Shown in pieces: positions 19,827-29,259 of a stretch of DNA of 64,000 nucleotides. The notes beneath the pieces are model-generated. The model was not told the origin of the DNA. It saw only the letters and a list, made by a program, of their open reading frames with translations, and searched no databases. How positions within the stretch are numbered: position 1 is the first letter of the stretch; each line of letters starts with the position of its first letter. Both the position numbers and the translations under genes were made by a program. This DNA is from a virus (lineage: Duplodnaviria; Heunggongvirae; Uroviricota; Caudoviricetes): positions 85,669-149,668 of the IMG/VR virus record IMGVR_UViG_3300005683_000050. One strand, written 5' to 3'.

Positions 19827-20688
19827 TGTTCATTCCAACGTCATCCACATAGAATAGTGAATCTTTGCGTTTTACGTCTATGCCAATTCCTTTTAGAAAG
19901 GAAATAGAACCCTTTGGAGTTCTGGGTAGTTCTGTTCCCCAACATAAGTCCCAAAAACGACAAAATGTACATGGATACTTATCTGGAGATTTCTGCTTAT
20001 TTGGTATTTGCTTATTATTCCAAGCGTACTCCAGGTCATCCATTCTACTCAAGAGCTCGTTCCTGTAATCTTCCAACGACACTGGACTAATTCTAACATT
20101 ACCATCTTTGGCAATATAGAATATAATCCCAAATGGAACTACTGGTATTTTTTCTCCAGAAGGCAAAGCGTATCCACCATTTTTCTGGGATAGATACATA
20201 AACTGACAAATTTGTAGTGCGTGGTGAGGATACTCAGTCCATTTCCCGCCCTTACGTTCTCTGAATTCAACTGCATCCCCAGAGATGCTTTTTATTTCGA
20301 TTGGCATTGCGAATTCAGATGTAACCCACAGACCGTCCGTGTGGGCATAGTGGTAATTGTCCTTTGACTCAGCCTGGGGGTCAATATATCCCATCCCGTT
20401 TTGTGAGACATATTCGCTTACAACGTCCATAAACCAAGATTCAATTTGATGTCCAATATCGAATACTACCATCGTCTCTGCGCTGAAGTGGTTCGTTATC
20501 GGAAACTCACTACGGGACATATAGCTGGCGCGCAAGCATCCACCAACCATACTTGCACCAAATAGGTTTTCAGAGTGGAGGTTTTCCCACTCCTCTTGCC
20601 TAGACTCTCTTGCGCTACCTACTGCCGCATTGAATATATCAATAAACTCACTGACTATCTTTGTGTTGTTCACGCACATCCTCCGCAA
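19771..20688 (-). CDS. Cas4/RecB-like PD-(D/E)xK exonuclease with C-terminal Cys cluster
   Basis: C-terminal YPCTFCRFWDLCWG Fe-S-type cysteine cluster; nuclease-fold core. Confidence 0.5.
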   Translation of the reverse strand: MRRMCVNNTKIVSEFIDIFNAAVGSARESRQEEWENLHSENLFGASMVGGCLRASYMSRSEFPITNHFSAETMVVFDIGHQIESWFMDVVSEYVSQNGMGYIDPQAESKDNYHYAHTDGLWVTSEFAMPIEIKSISGDAVEFRERKGGKWTEYPHHALQICQFMYLSQKNGGYALPSGEKIPVVPFGIIFYIAKDGNVRISPVSLEDYRNELLSRMDDLEYAWNNKQIPNKQKSPDKYPCTFCRFWDLCWGTELPRTPKGSISFLKGIGIDVKRKDSLFYVDDVGMNNVELISFAASKNDEIRKR

Positions 20689-20986
20689 TTTTTATCCAGT
20701 TATCTCTGGATGTCAGACCTAGTTCTTCAGCCATATTTGCACCCCACGTAAATACATCATTTGATAGTTCTTCTCTACTTTCCTTTATCCACTTTTCAAA
20801 CTCTCTTTTTCTGGCAACCGTAGAACGTCGAGTGGGTCGTCCTCGTCTATGACGTAATGGACGACCAGCTCGATTATATCTCATATCCCGTATACGATTG
20901 CTATCTAATTCCCAAACAGCCGCGTAATCAAGAAAAAGACTAAGAAGTATGGCGACAGCTAAATTCTCAATCGGCTCTCGGTTCAT
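20648..20986 (-). CDS. hypothetical protein 112 aa (Arg-rich)
   Basis: minus ORF. Confidence 0.3.
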   Translation of the reverse strand: MNREPIENLAVAILLSLFLDYAAVWELDSNRIRDMRYNRAGRPLRHRRGRPTRRSTVARKREFEKWIKESREELSNDVFTWGANMAEELGLTSRDNWIKIAEDVREQHKDSQ

Positions 20987-22022
20987 TGTCTGTCACGGGA
21001 ACTATCGAACCATCAGAAAAGTTGATTCGACACTTCCATGTTTTTCCAGACGGTAAACGACCACGCTGCTTAGCTATCTTCATAAATATGCAGTCCTCTT
21101 CGACCAGAAATTTGTACCCATTATGCTCTATAACAGAGCCAACGGTATGTGTCCGTTTTGGCATCCACTGCGTCACAATCCTATCGAACCATTGTGCAAT
21201 CGCAGCTGTTTCCATTCCGTCATAATCTCCTGGCAGTAGCATGTTCGGCCCAGGAGCTCCGTCCAGCTTTTGTTTTGCTTGGACTCCTACCACTGAGGGC
21301 GCACGATAGCGTTGAGACCCTCTACGAATCTCTCGAATGTCGGCAGCTACCTGTAACCTACGCAGCTGTTCCTTTGCTACGACCTGTTTTATTTCTGGGT
21401 CATACGGAAATGCTTGCAGGTAGTCCCAGAAAATAGCTCCAACCGTTAGCTCCTTGCCAAGCAAACTATTTTTCGCGCCGTCAACACCAATGAGATAATC
21501 CAAGCATCTCATTACATTTGTCATATATAACTCTGGAAGTGCTTGGGAACTTCTTGCTAAAGACTCACCAACGCGATAAATAGGTACTGTACCGACATAC
21601 GTAGCCGCTTCATTGAGCCTTCCCCAATCAATAACATTTCCACTGGCTATGTCTCCTGAGTCTAGACCAGAGCGCATAGCCATTGCATTAATTACCTGCT
21701 CTTCAATTGTGTCTTCCACCTTCACGACAATTACAACCTCGTCTTGTCTCCCTTCCTCCATCAGTTGTGCCGCAGCCTTTTCAGCCCACCAGTCAATTAG
21801 GCCACTTTTGTTGTGAGACGTTTGCGCGATTATCGCGCAAATCTGACCAGGTAGTAAGTCCCTGAAATACGTATTAATCTTTGGTATCGGAAACCTCAAA
21901 GCGCGATGTCTTTGCTCTTCCAACTGCCTTACTTCTTGCATGGCAAAGGCAGTCGCCTCCGATGGAGTATATACGAATTGACCAACTAAATCCTTGAAAT
22001 TAGAAGAATAATCCATTGCCAT
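20967..22022 (-). CDS. DnaB-family/RecA-fold replication protein, Walker A degenerate
   Basis: GQICAIIAQTSHNKSG in the Walker-A position; 351 aa next to the primase. Confidence 0.4.
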   Translation of the reverse strand: MAMDYSSNFKDLVGQFVYTPSEATAFAMQEVRQLEEQRHRALRFPIPKINTYFRDLLPGQICAIIAQTSHNKSGLIDWWAEKAAAQLMEEGRQDEVVIVVKVEDTIEEQVINAMAMRSGLDSGDIASGNVIDWGRLNEAATYVGTVPIYRVGESLARSSQALPELYMTNVMRCLDYLIGVDGAKNSLLGKELTVGAIFWDYLQAFPYDPEIKQVVAKEQLRRLQVAADIREIRRGSQRYRAPSVVGVQAKQKLDGAPGPNMLLPGDYDGMETAAIAQWFDRIVTQWMPKRTHTVGSVIEHNGYKFLVEEDCIFMKIAKQRGRLPSGKTWKCRINFSDGSIVPVTDNEPRAD

Positions 22023-22653
22023 CTCCGTCAGTCTTAACAGCGACTTCTACCACATCGTTATTAAGTTTTTCAGCATATTGCTGTATGGTGTCTCTAATTG
22101 CAGACTCATTTGGAGGCTGTGGGTTTGCCGACTTCAATACACGCCAGTCTTCTTTCCAGTAAATTCCACCGTCTCCGTAAATTTTCAATATCTGCTCAGA
22201 CGTGTACCCACTACTCAGAAGTTGAGACGCCAATTTCCCAAAACGAGAAGCATTCATCCTAACGTCTCTCTTTGTAACTTTAGCTAATGCACCAACCATG
22301 AGCTGCTGTTCAGTTGGAACTTTTTTAGCAGGCATTTGCTTTATCAGAACTGGCTGTAATGGCTGTTCTGGTTCTTTTTCGCCTTCCAGATTGAGAAAAT
22401 ACTCAAACCCACTACCGACCCTTTCTCGGAGCAATATGCCGCGCTCCATACATTCCAGAACTCCCTGTATCACACCATTAGCACTCAGTCTACACAATTT
22501 AGACAGACTTTCATTGGTGTGCCTAACCTTTCCAACGCCAATAGAGAACGTATCGCGCCAAATAGCAATCGCGACGCGAACGCCAGATTTGTCCATTTCC
22601 ATCAGTGCATCAGACATCTCGTCTGGCATCAATTTGCAATTTGGTCTTTGCAT
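22000..22653 (-). CDS. hypothetical replication-module protein 217 aa (possible winged-helix)
   Basis: minus ORF adjacent to the primase. Confidence 0.3.
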   Translation of the reverse strand: MQRPNCKLMPDEMSDALMEMDKSGVRVAIAIWRDTFSIGVGKVRHTNESLSKLCRLSANGVIQGVLECMERGILLRERVGSGFEYFLNLEGEKEPEQPLQPVLIKQMPAKKVPTEQQLMVGALAKVTKRDVRMNASRFGKLASQLLSSGYTSEQILKIYGDGGIYWKEDWRVLKSANPQPPNESAIRDTIQQYAEKLNNDVVEVAVKTDGDGNGLFF

Positions 22654-22654
22654 C

Positions 22655-23575
22655 TCAGCTCATTTTCCTCGCATTGTCTAACATGAAATTGAATTGCCTT
22701 AGTGAAACTGCCCCGCTAATAATTAAATCGTCTGGCTTTTCAAATAAAGAAACTAAATACAGGTTTTCTAAAAGTGAGGAAAATCTTTTTACTGCCCTGC
22801 CAAATAAATCCCTATCTTTTGATGGAAAGGGGTCTGGTATCAATATGACCTTTTTGAACTTTGACAAGGTGCGAATCACCTCGTCATGTGGAGATATTCC
22901 TGGAATACCGACAACCTGAGTTGTTTTTCCAAGAAACTCGAATACAACAACAGCCTTTTTCCACCCTTCAACTACAACCAATACGTCTCCTTCTGTGGCA
23001 CTAGACATGTAGGCTGGTGCAGCTGGTATATTCGACACCTGTCTGTATTTGCCGACACCAGCAGGCGGGTCAATGAGACGATATTGAATGTTTATGACTT
23101 TGTTTGTTTCGTTTGAAATAATTGGAATTGTATACGACGCGATAGGTTTCTGAATTCCACCAACAAACTTTTGGGTGTATCCGACACAATAAGAATCAAG
23201 CACTGCATCTGGTATCCCAGCGACGTTCCACTCGTCGCGCATCTTTGGGGTTAATTGACTGTGCCATTTTTGAATCTGGCTAAAGTCGAAAGTTGCTTGC
23301 CATTCTTTTAGGGACATTTCTCTCTCTGCCCTAATTTTCCTATCGCGTTCCTCGCGAATTGCGCCGAGCTCTTCTCTTGTAAGACCAATACTTTCATGGC
23401 TAGACAGAAAACCCTTTGAACCACACTTGCGACAATAATAGTTTCCTATATCTTCCCATGCCATAAAGCGGTCTTTCCCGCTTTTGCAGAAAGGGCAAGC
23501 TCCGTGCCACTCTAATCGCCCAGTGCGCTTGAGCGTTATACCGAATTGTTGAAAAGCGAGAGAAGCGACATCCAT
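22655..23575 (-). CDS. DnaG-type DNA primase (zinc finger + Toprim)
   Basis: CPFCKSGKDRF...YYCRKCGSKG zinc ribbon; VLVVVEGWKKAVV and ILIPDPFPSKD Toprim acidic motifs. Confidence 0.65.
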   Translation of the reverse strand: MDVASLAFQQFGITLKRTGRLEWHGACPFCKSGKDRFMAWEDIGNYYCRKCGSKGFLSSHESIGLTREELGAIREERDRKIRAEREMSLKEWQATFDFSQIQKWHSQLTPKMRDEWNVAGIPDAVLDSYCVGYTQKFVGGIQKPIASYTIPIISNETNKVINIQYRLIDPPAGVGKYRQVSNIPAAPAYMSSATEGDVLVVVEGWKKAVVVFEFLGKTTQVVGIPGISPHDEVIRTLSKFKKVILIPDPFPSKDRDLFGRAVKRFSSLLENLYLVSLFEKPDDLIISGAVSLRQFNFMLDNARKMS

Positions 23576-23581
23576 ACATAC

Positions 23582-23610
23582 AGTATATCACGTAAATGTG
23601 TTTTTGTCAA
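23582..23610 (-). promoter_or_regulatory. sigma70-type promoter TTGACA-17-TATACT
   Basis: read on minus strand; directly upstream of the primase. Confidence 0.55.
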
Positions 23611-23621
23611 ACACATTAAAA

Positions 23622-23648
23622 ATAGGGGGTGTGTCCCCCTATTTTTTA
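23622..23648. terminator. bidirectional hairpin terminator
   Basis: AGGGGG-tgtg-TCCCCCT with flanking A/T runs on both sides. Confidence 0.5.
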
Positions 23649-23930
23649 CTCTTCAGACTTTTTTGTTTTATTCAAGATTGCCTGCGCCCCAGTTCGAGTT
23701 TTGGCTAAGACAATCAATATGGTCGGCTCGATGTATTGCATTTTCACGTCTACAACCTCACCGTCCAGACCGTTTAGCCACTCCGCAATTGGAATGTTTA
23801 CAACACCGTAGTCCATAGAGAAATTAAATATCTTTTGATTCCACATTCGATTCGTTCTCCACAACGAAAAAGTAGTGACCAGACGGAACTGTTTTAAGAT
23901 TATAGACAGATATTCCAATATCTTCCACAA
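23646..23930 (-). CDS. hypothetical protein 94 aa
   Basis: minus ORF. Confidence 0.3.
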   Translation of the reverse strand: MWKILEYLSIILKQFRLVTTFSLWRTNRMWNQKIFNFSMDYGVVNIPIAEWLNGLDGEVVDVKMQYIEPTILIVLAKTRTGAQAILNKTKKSEE

Positions 23931-24072
23931 CCGTATTCAACGATACGTGAAGCCCATCTGGTTTATACCCATATTTTTTAACAAAATAATGAAGACCGTC
24001 TTTTGCTATTTCGGCTGGAGGTTTCTTTTTACTATCCATCTCCTGCCACAGCATAGCCCATGCCCAGTTCAT
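23824..24072 (-). CDS. hypothetical protein 82 aa
   Basis: minus ORF. Confidence 0.3.
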   Translation of the reverse strand: MNWAWAMLWQEMDSKKKPPAEIAKDGLHYFVKKYGYKPDGLHVSLNTVVEDIGISVYNLKTVPSGHYFFVVENESNVESKDI

Positions 24073-24083
24073 GTCACCTCCGA

Positions 24084-24494
24084 TTACAACATCTTCATTC
24101 TTTTTTCTGTTTTTTCAAAAATCCTATCGTAATTTTCGTGTTCTATTTCAACTTGACCGTCTGGATTTGTTCTTTTCCACCAAGTCTCACCATTGTTGTC
24201 TGTGTATAATCTTTCCATCACAGTCCCTGATGATTGTTTTGTCATTTTTTCAGATTCGTCGGATAACGGGTTACGTAACCACTCTAGAGGGTTTTGTGGT
24301 TTTGGGGAAGGCTCTCGCCTAACAAAAGCATAAACAGAAACAATGACGAGCAACAGAATAGCTCCGACTAAAACTGCAATGGGATTGGTTTGAATCAAAG
24401 ATTCTACCAAGAAATATATCACCATTGAAAACAAAGATACACAAATCGCAAATAAAATAAACCACTTCATTTCAGACCATGCTCCCCGTTTCAC
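24084..24494 (-). CDS. membrane protein 136 aa
   Basis: two TM helices then acidic tail. Confidence 0.3.
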   Translation of the reverse strand: MKRGAWSEMKWFILFAICVSLFSMVIYFLVESLIQTNPIAVLVGAILLLVIVSVYAFVRREPSPKPQNPLEWLRNPLSDESEKMTKQSSGTVMERLYTDNNGETWWKRTNPDGQVEIEHENYDRIFEKTEKRMKML

Positions 24495-24535
24495 TATTTT
24501 TTGTATGTGAGGTTATTCATCAGATGATTATAACA

Positions 24536-24606
24536 AGCCCAAACTGAGAATCGAACTCAGGTTTTGTCCTTACCAAGAACGCGTCCTGCCACTAAACGAT
24601 TCGGGC
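24536..24606 (-). tRNA. tRNA-Thr(GGT), short D-loop
   Basis: acceptor GCCCGAA/TTTGGGC, T arm CTGAG-TTCGATT-CTCAG, anticodon loop TTGGTAA on a 4-bp stem with a 27-43 mismatch. Confidence 0.5.
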
Positions 24607-24612
24607 ATACAG

Positions 24613-24698
24613 AGGACGGGAAGAGAATCGAACTCTCAGAGCTTTTACACCCGCACGTTTAGCAAACGTGGTAGCACTACCAATATGCCAGCCCGTCC
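24613..24698 (-). tRNA. tRNA-Ser(GCT), type II
   Basis: acceptor GGACGGG/CCCGTCC, anticodon arm CACGT-TTGCTAA-ACGTG, long variable arm. Confidence 0.7.
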
Positions 24699-24854
24699 TT
24701 ATTGTTTACTTGCCTTTTCCAGTACTTGACGCTCAGACGCAGACGCCCTGCGCGTTTCTTCTCCATCCACAATGTACCATTCCTTGCCAATCTTGTACGC
24801 TTCGCCATTCTCAATCATTTCTTCGGCGCGTTTGTTTGATAAAGTCCTAGCCAT
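24699..24854 (-). CDS. small protein 51 aa
   Basis: ATG with GGAAGG SD; below ORF-track cutoff; stop abuts the tRNA-Ser 5' end. Confidence 0.3.
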   Translation of the reverse strand: MARTLSNKRAEEMIENGEAYKIGKEWYIVDGEETRRASASERQVLEKASKQ

Positions 24855-24951
24855 GCTTACCTTCCATAAAACTAGATATAAATTGTGTACTTCCGATAGT
24901 TAGTGCAATTGAATCTTGTCTGAGTTACCGATTTGAATAACGTATGTCATA

Positions 24952-25022
24952 CAGGGACAGAGGGACTTGAACCCCCAACAATTGTTTTGGAGACAAACAT
25001 TTTACCATTAAACTATATCCCT
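24952..25022 (-). tRNA. tRNA-Trp(CCA)
   Basis: anticodon loop CTCCAAA; acceptor AGGGATA/TGTCCCT; T loop TTCAAGT. Confidence 0.65.
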
Positions 25023-25059
25023 ATTTAGAGGCAGTCTTTGCCCTGCCTCACTCAAAGTA

Positions 25060-25088
25060 ATTATACCACACATCCATCCGCTTGTCAA
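25060..25088 (-). promoter_or_regulatory. sigma70-type promoter TTGACA-17-TATAAT
   Basis: upstream of tRNA-Trp; TGTGG precedes the -10. Confidence 0.6.
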
Positions 25089-25090
25089 GA

Positions 25091-25741
25091 TTACAACGGA
25101 TACGGATATTTTGTTTTCTTAATGTTGCGTACATTCAACGGACGCGGCTCGTCATCACCAGAAACAAGTCTCAAATAAATGGTTGTTTCATTTTCTGTGT
25201 CAACCTCAAATCTGGGAACAGAACTGAATACTTGACCGCTTTGACCACTTTGCCCGATTATGCCAGCAGACTTTGCCGTTGAAGACGATTGCGAAGAGGC
25301 ATATGTCGTATTATAAACAAAGTTCCCAGTTGACTGACTACGAAAATTTTCAATTACTGGCAATGGCATCGGATTGTAAACCTCTGGGGTGAATACGGCT
25401 TCAATCAATCCCCAATCTGACTTCGCCATGTATGCTTGCCCAGCGGCATACGCATCCTCAGTATACGATGTGTAGTACGTAAATCTTCCATTGCTATGTG
25501 CTGGACGCTCAATGCGTCCAGTCGTAAGCGCGTTAAGAGAAAACTCTCCAACAAGAAATCCATTCATCTTTAACCGCAAGGACGCTCGTCTGTTGTTTGA
25601 ATTCATTACGGTTACAGAGAATTTCTCGCCGTTTCTCATTACCACATACCCATCAGCATCATGCGTTTTTCCGCTTACGAGTAGCGTGTATCCATTAAGT
25701 TCCATTCTTGTTCCTTTCAACTGTTCTGTGGCAATTCGCAC
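25091..25741 (-). CDS. hypothetical protein 216 aa
   Basis: minus ORF. Confidence 0.35.
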   Translation of the reverse strand: MRIATEQLKGTRMELNGYTLLVSGKTHDADGYVVMRNGEKFSVTVMNSNNRRASLRLKMNGFLVGEFSLNALTTGRIERPAHSNGRFTYYTSYTEDAYAAGQAYMAKSDWGLIEAVFTPEVYNPMPLPVIENFRSQSTGNFVYNTTYASSQSSSTAKSAGIIGQSGQSGQVFSSVPRFEVDTENETTIYLRLVSGDDEPRPLNVRNIKKTKYPYPL

Positions 25742-26027
25742 ACAGAATTATGCACTTCCTTATTTCGTCAAAAATCAACTCTAGAGGCAATCCATTACCA
25801 ACCATCTCGGATACATTGCCTACTTTTTCCGATGGATTAAGGTGGTGAAAATCCAGCGACTCGGCAGCATCCCTAAATCCACAGCGCATACATCCGTACC
25901 TAATCTTGTATGTGTCAACGAATCTTTTTGACTCGATTCGCCTGTGATTTACCTTCGTTCTGATTTGAGACGGAGGGTCTGACAAACGCTCTCCAATCTC
26001 GAATAACTCTAAATCCCATCCATGCAA
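25695..26027 (-). CDS. HNH endonuclease
   Basis: CMRCGF...HHLNP...CANCH motif. Confidence 0.6.
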   Translation of the reverse strand: MHGWDLELFEIGERLSDPPSQIRTKVNHRRIESKRFVDTYKIRYGCMRCGFRDAAESLDFHHLNPSEKVGNVSEMVGNGLPLELIFDEIRKCIILCANCHRTVERNKNGT

Positions 26028-26386
26028 TAGGAAACCGCCTCAAAGACGAGAGACAATTCACCACCTGAATGGCGTCTCGCTGCTAACCCACCAGACGCTA
26101 TACTATCATACCCATTGGTAAATAAGTCTTCAAGCAGCTGTCTGGCAGTCTCTTTAATAGATTCTACCGATGGCGATTCATCTCCTAGCCATGTCCATCC
26201 GAAAGTTCGCATGAAAAAGTATACCTTTTGAAAATCAAAGTGAACCATAATCTCTTCTATGGCTTCTTCTTGTTTTTCAGTTATTTTGCCCATTATGCCC
26301 TCCATTTGGGTACTGCAAAAAGTGCGATGATTTATAACGGTTTGCGTTAGCGACTGGGCGTGACATTCACGCCACACTGCCAGCAA
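26009..26386 (-). CDS. hypothetical protein 125 aa
   Basis: minus ORF. Confidence 0.3.
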   Translation of the reverse strand: MLAVWRECHAQSLTQTVINHRTFCSTQMEGIMGKITEKQEEAIEEIMVHFDFQKVYFFMRTFGWTWLGDESPSVESIKETARQLLEDLFTNGYDSIASGGLAARRHSGGELSLVFEAVSYCMDGI

Positions 26387-26634
26387 TATAACTCGCCCTC
26401 AATTTCTCTTTTTTCGGGGTGCATACAAGCCCCCTGCACGCGTTGTTCGGCGGCAGCAAAGTCTTTCCAACCTACTCGCCAATCAGCGATTGCAAATATA
26501 TTTGTGCAACGGCAATCGGTTATCGGTTTACCTGCGGCTGCCGCTTTTATTCCAGATTTGTACGCTCTGGAAAATGTGTTTGTTGGAAGTTGGCCTAATG
26601 TTTGCATGGTAGCCGCCGAACGGTCATGCTTCAC
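26347..26634 (-). CDS. Cys-rich small protein 95 aa
   Basis: CRC...CMHPE...CWQCG cysteine pairs. Confidence 0.3.
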   Translation of the reverse strand: MKHDRSAATMQTLGQLPTNTFSRAYKSGIKAAAAGKPITDCRCTNIFAIADWRVGWKDFAAAEQRVQGACMHPEKREIEGELYCWQCGVNVTPSR

Positions 26635-26664
26635 TGGCGCGGCGATGCGGGCTCGCGGTTATAT

Positions 26665-26937
26665 TTATTCCGCCTCACGATTTACAAAAGCGCCTGGATG
26701 TGGATTGTCCTTCATCCACTGCTCATTATATTTACGAGCGGCTTCATAGCAATTTGGGCATACGCTTGTGCCAGTATTCCATGATGTCATAATAGAATTG
26801 TTTGACACCCCAGTTCTCCGTTCGTGACCGCCAAACTCTTGCCCGCAAAGTGGACACGAGAGCCAAAAATAGCCAGCGAAGTTTGCCCATAATTTATGTA
26901 ACCATCTTGGAATTTTCATGTTTACCTTTCTCGCCAC
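26665..26937 (-). CDS. zinc-ribbon protein 90 aa
   Basis: CPLCGQ...CPNCY. Confidence 0.3.
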   Translation of the reverse strand: MARKVNMKIPRWLHKLWANFAGYFWLSCPLCGQEFGGHERRTGVSNNSIMTSWNTGTSVCPNCYEAARKYNEQWMKDNPHPGAFVNREAE

Positions 26938-26967
26938 GTTTGCAAGGCGGCGGCATAACGGTTGGAT

Positions 26968-27399
26968 TCACTGGCGCGGCGATGCTGGCACAGTGATTTG
27001 GATAGAATTACCACAATGCGAGCAAGTCGCGCCCGCTGGCTCAGGCGTAGCCGCGTCCATGTGCAAGCGGTGCTGGGCGCGTTCTGCCCACCCTGAAACA
27101 TCATTACCACGCTCACACAAATAAACGGAGTAACTGGGAATTGAGCCATAGGCATATCGCCTTTCAAATTCGCTCACGGAACAAATGCCAACCTTGCCAT
27201 CTTTCGGAACTTCGCAGGGCGGGTTGCACTCCATGAAAGTAACTCGGTTGCCTTCTCGCCCTATGACATAGACATAAAAGGAAAACATTTCCGTAAACCT
27301 ATCGCCTGGCTGCGGGTCGTTCATTGCCTCAGCTGTTTCTGCCTGTGTTTTTTTGGTATCGAACATAAGACCTTTCACGGACGCGGAATAAGCGTCCAA
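26968..27399 (-). CDS. hypothetical Cys-containing protein 143 aa
   Basis: minus ORF; CEVPKDGKVGIC...CSHCGN. Confidence 0.3.
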   Translation of the reverse strand: MDAYSASVKGLMFDTKKTQAETAEAMNDPQPGDRFTEMFSFYVYVIGREGNRVTFMECNPPCEVPKDGKVGICSVSEFERRYAYGSIPSYSVYLCERGNDVSGWAERAQHRLHMDAATPEPAGATCSHCGNSIQITVPASPRQ

Positions 27400-27474
27400 C
27401 TGTCCGTATCAAGTATTTGATTGTCCATTTTAATCTCCCCGATTATGTTTTTATTACCACTCCCTGTAGTAATT

Positions 27475-27708
27475 CTAAATGTGGTCGCCAAGAGCGCCAT
27501 GTGAACTTATAAACACATCGAAGTCTTCAACCACCTCGCGCGTTATAAGGTCAAGAACTCTCACCTGACTCGTATTTAATTTCGAGTAATAAAATTCACG
27601 TACCGAAAAAAGAATCTGAATGTCTTCCTCGCTCATTGCGCGCAAGATTCTGTGAAGTTCCGCGCTTCCGCCGTGAAATATATAATTGTACGGATTGTTT
27701 ACGCTCAT
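27475..27708 (-). CDS. hypothetical protein 77 aa
   Basis: minus ORF. Confidence 0.3.
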   Translation of the reverse strand: MSVNNPYNYIFHGGSAELHRILRAMSEEDIQILFSVREFYYSKLNTSQVRVLDLITREVVEDFDVFISSHGALGDHI

Positions 27709-28698
27709 TTATTCAACCATTGAACGAATTATCTCCGCATGGTCTTCAAAGAAGTGACGCTCTAATCTTTCAACCTGAAATAATGGCATCCAAAAGGCGT
27801 CATCTCCACCGCGAATCTCTGGCAACTCCCGATTGTTTCCCATGTTAATGTAGTAGCACATTGTAAATGTCCTACCGCGCAAGCTCCTATATGGATAGTC
27901 GAACATTCTTTCCGAGCGTATCGAAGAAATCAGGTCTGCTTTTGAAATTCTAATCGCAGTTTCTTCTTTAAGCTCTCTAATTGCGGCGTCTCGCAAAGAC
28001 TCATCCGACTTTACAAATCCACCTGGCAGAGCGTACAGTCCCTTTCCAGGAAACCCTCCACGCTTTGTTATTAGAACGTGATTAGACGCGACTACAACAC
28101 AGTCTACCGTTACAAATGTCGGCGCATATGGAACAGACTTCCACAGCTCAGTGTATTTGTCAGCAAACAATTGTTCTTTGACCAATTCATTGTACTGCGC
28201 TGTTCTACAGAATCTTTCCATGAACATACAAGTCTGCTCTGGGACATAATCAATCCAATCCCTTTTTCCCCTGAAGTAATGTTCCCTAATAGTCGTTGCG
28301 TGTTTGGGAAAAATTTGACTGAAGTTTGGAGAGTCCACTTCCCACTGAGGAAAATAATCAAGGTAAGCAGAAGTTGAGTCAGACCTTGTTCCGACCAAAC
28401 AAACGTCTTCGTCGGAGAACCTGTCGTATACCGACCTAGATACCTCGTTAACCCATTTCGCATCGGAATACCAATAATCTCTCATGGGGAATGTGCGTAT
28501 ATTTGCATTTATAGCATGATTACTCATAATCATGCTCTCGCGAGACGAGAAATCCCAGGGGTTCTTGATGGTGGATGCGACATTGACACTGCCAATGCCA
28601 ATTGCTACTGTGTGGTAGCGGCTGAGGGCGTAATCAACAATTGCTTTGTGAGCAAGATGATACGGCTGAAACCTACCTAAGACTAATCCTATTTTCAT
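27709..28698 (-). CDS. bifunctional NMN adenylyltransferase / Nudix hydrolase (NatV/NadM-Nudix-like)
   Basis: N-terminal GRFQPYHLAHKAIV nucleotidyltransferase (H/T)xGH-type motif; C-terminal GGFVKSDESLRDAAIRELKEETAI Nudix box. Confidence 0.7.
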   Translation of the reverse strand: MKIGLVLGRFQPYHLAHKAIVDYALSRYHTVAIGIGSVNVASTIKNPWDFSSRESMIMSNHAINANIRTFPMRDYWYSDAKWVNEVSRSVYDRFSDEDVCLVGTRSDSTSAYLDYFPQWEVDSPNFSQIFPKHATTIREHYFRGKRDWIDYVPEQTCMFMERFCRTAQYNELVKEQLFADKYTELWKSVPYAPTFVTVDCVVVASNHVLITKRGGFPGKGLYALPGGFVKSDESLRDAAIRELKEETAIRISKADLISSIRSERMFDYPYRSLRGRTFTMCYYINMGNNRELPEIRGGDDAFWMPLFQVERLERHFFEDHAEIIRSMVE

Positions 28699-28728
28699 AT
28701 TTTCTCCCCGAAAATATATTTACAACAA

Positions 28729-28801
28729 TGGGCCCAGCAGGACTTGAACCCGCGACGCGCAGCTTATGAGACTGCCGTTCTAACCACTGAACTATAGGCC
28801 C
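28729..28801 (-). tRNA. tRNA-Met(CAT) (Met, fMet or Ile2)
   Basis: anticodon loop CTCATAA; acceptor GGGCCTA/TGGGCCC; D arm GTTC-AGTGGTTA-GAAC. Confidence 0.7.
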
Positions 28802-28889
28802 GACTTTATATGCCAGACAAAATAAAAATCTTTAACCGCCGAAAAACGAGTGGTGAAAAAGAATCGTCCCAACTGAATCCGTGAAAGCA

Positions 28890-28918
28890 TTATAACATAA
28901 AGTTATCAGTTTGTCAAC
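28890..28918 (-). promoter_or_regulatory. sigma70-type promoter TTGACA-17-TATAAT
   Basis: upstream of tRNA-Met and the NMNAT-Nudix gene. Confidence 0.6.
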
Positions 28919-29259
28919 ATGTTTGATTCTATAACCAATATAATCGCAACACACACATTTTTGTGAATAGCAGATTTTGTAAACATATCCGCTCTCCACA
29001 TACCATCAGTTCTTGGTGTTAGCGAAACACCGAAATACATTGCCAGACGCAAGGCGTCTGATATGGACTGGTCGAATTGAACGGGCATCCATTCTTGGAT
29101 GTCGTCATGCTCGTACAGGTGAGCGACATACCAATTTCCACCTTCTGAAAATATCGGGCTACCACCCATGTACGCAGAAAAGGTTGTAATCCACTCATCG
29201 GGAAACTCTAAAGGCTTAGGTTCTCCCATTATTGCAGCCAGAGAATCATTACTTAACAT
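28906..29259 (-). CDS. hypothetical protein 117 aa
   Basis: minus ORF. Confidence 0.3.
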   Translation of the reverse strand: MLSNDSLAAIMGEPKPLEFPDEWITTFSAYMGGSPIFSEGGNWYVAHLYEHDDIQEWMPVQFDQSISDALRLAMYFGVSLTPRTDGMWRADMFTKSAIHKNVCVAIILVIESNMLTN

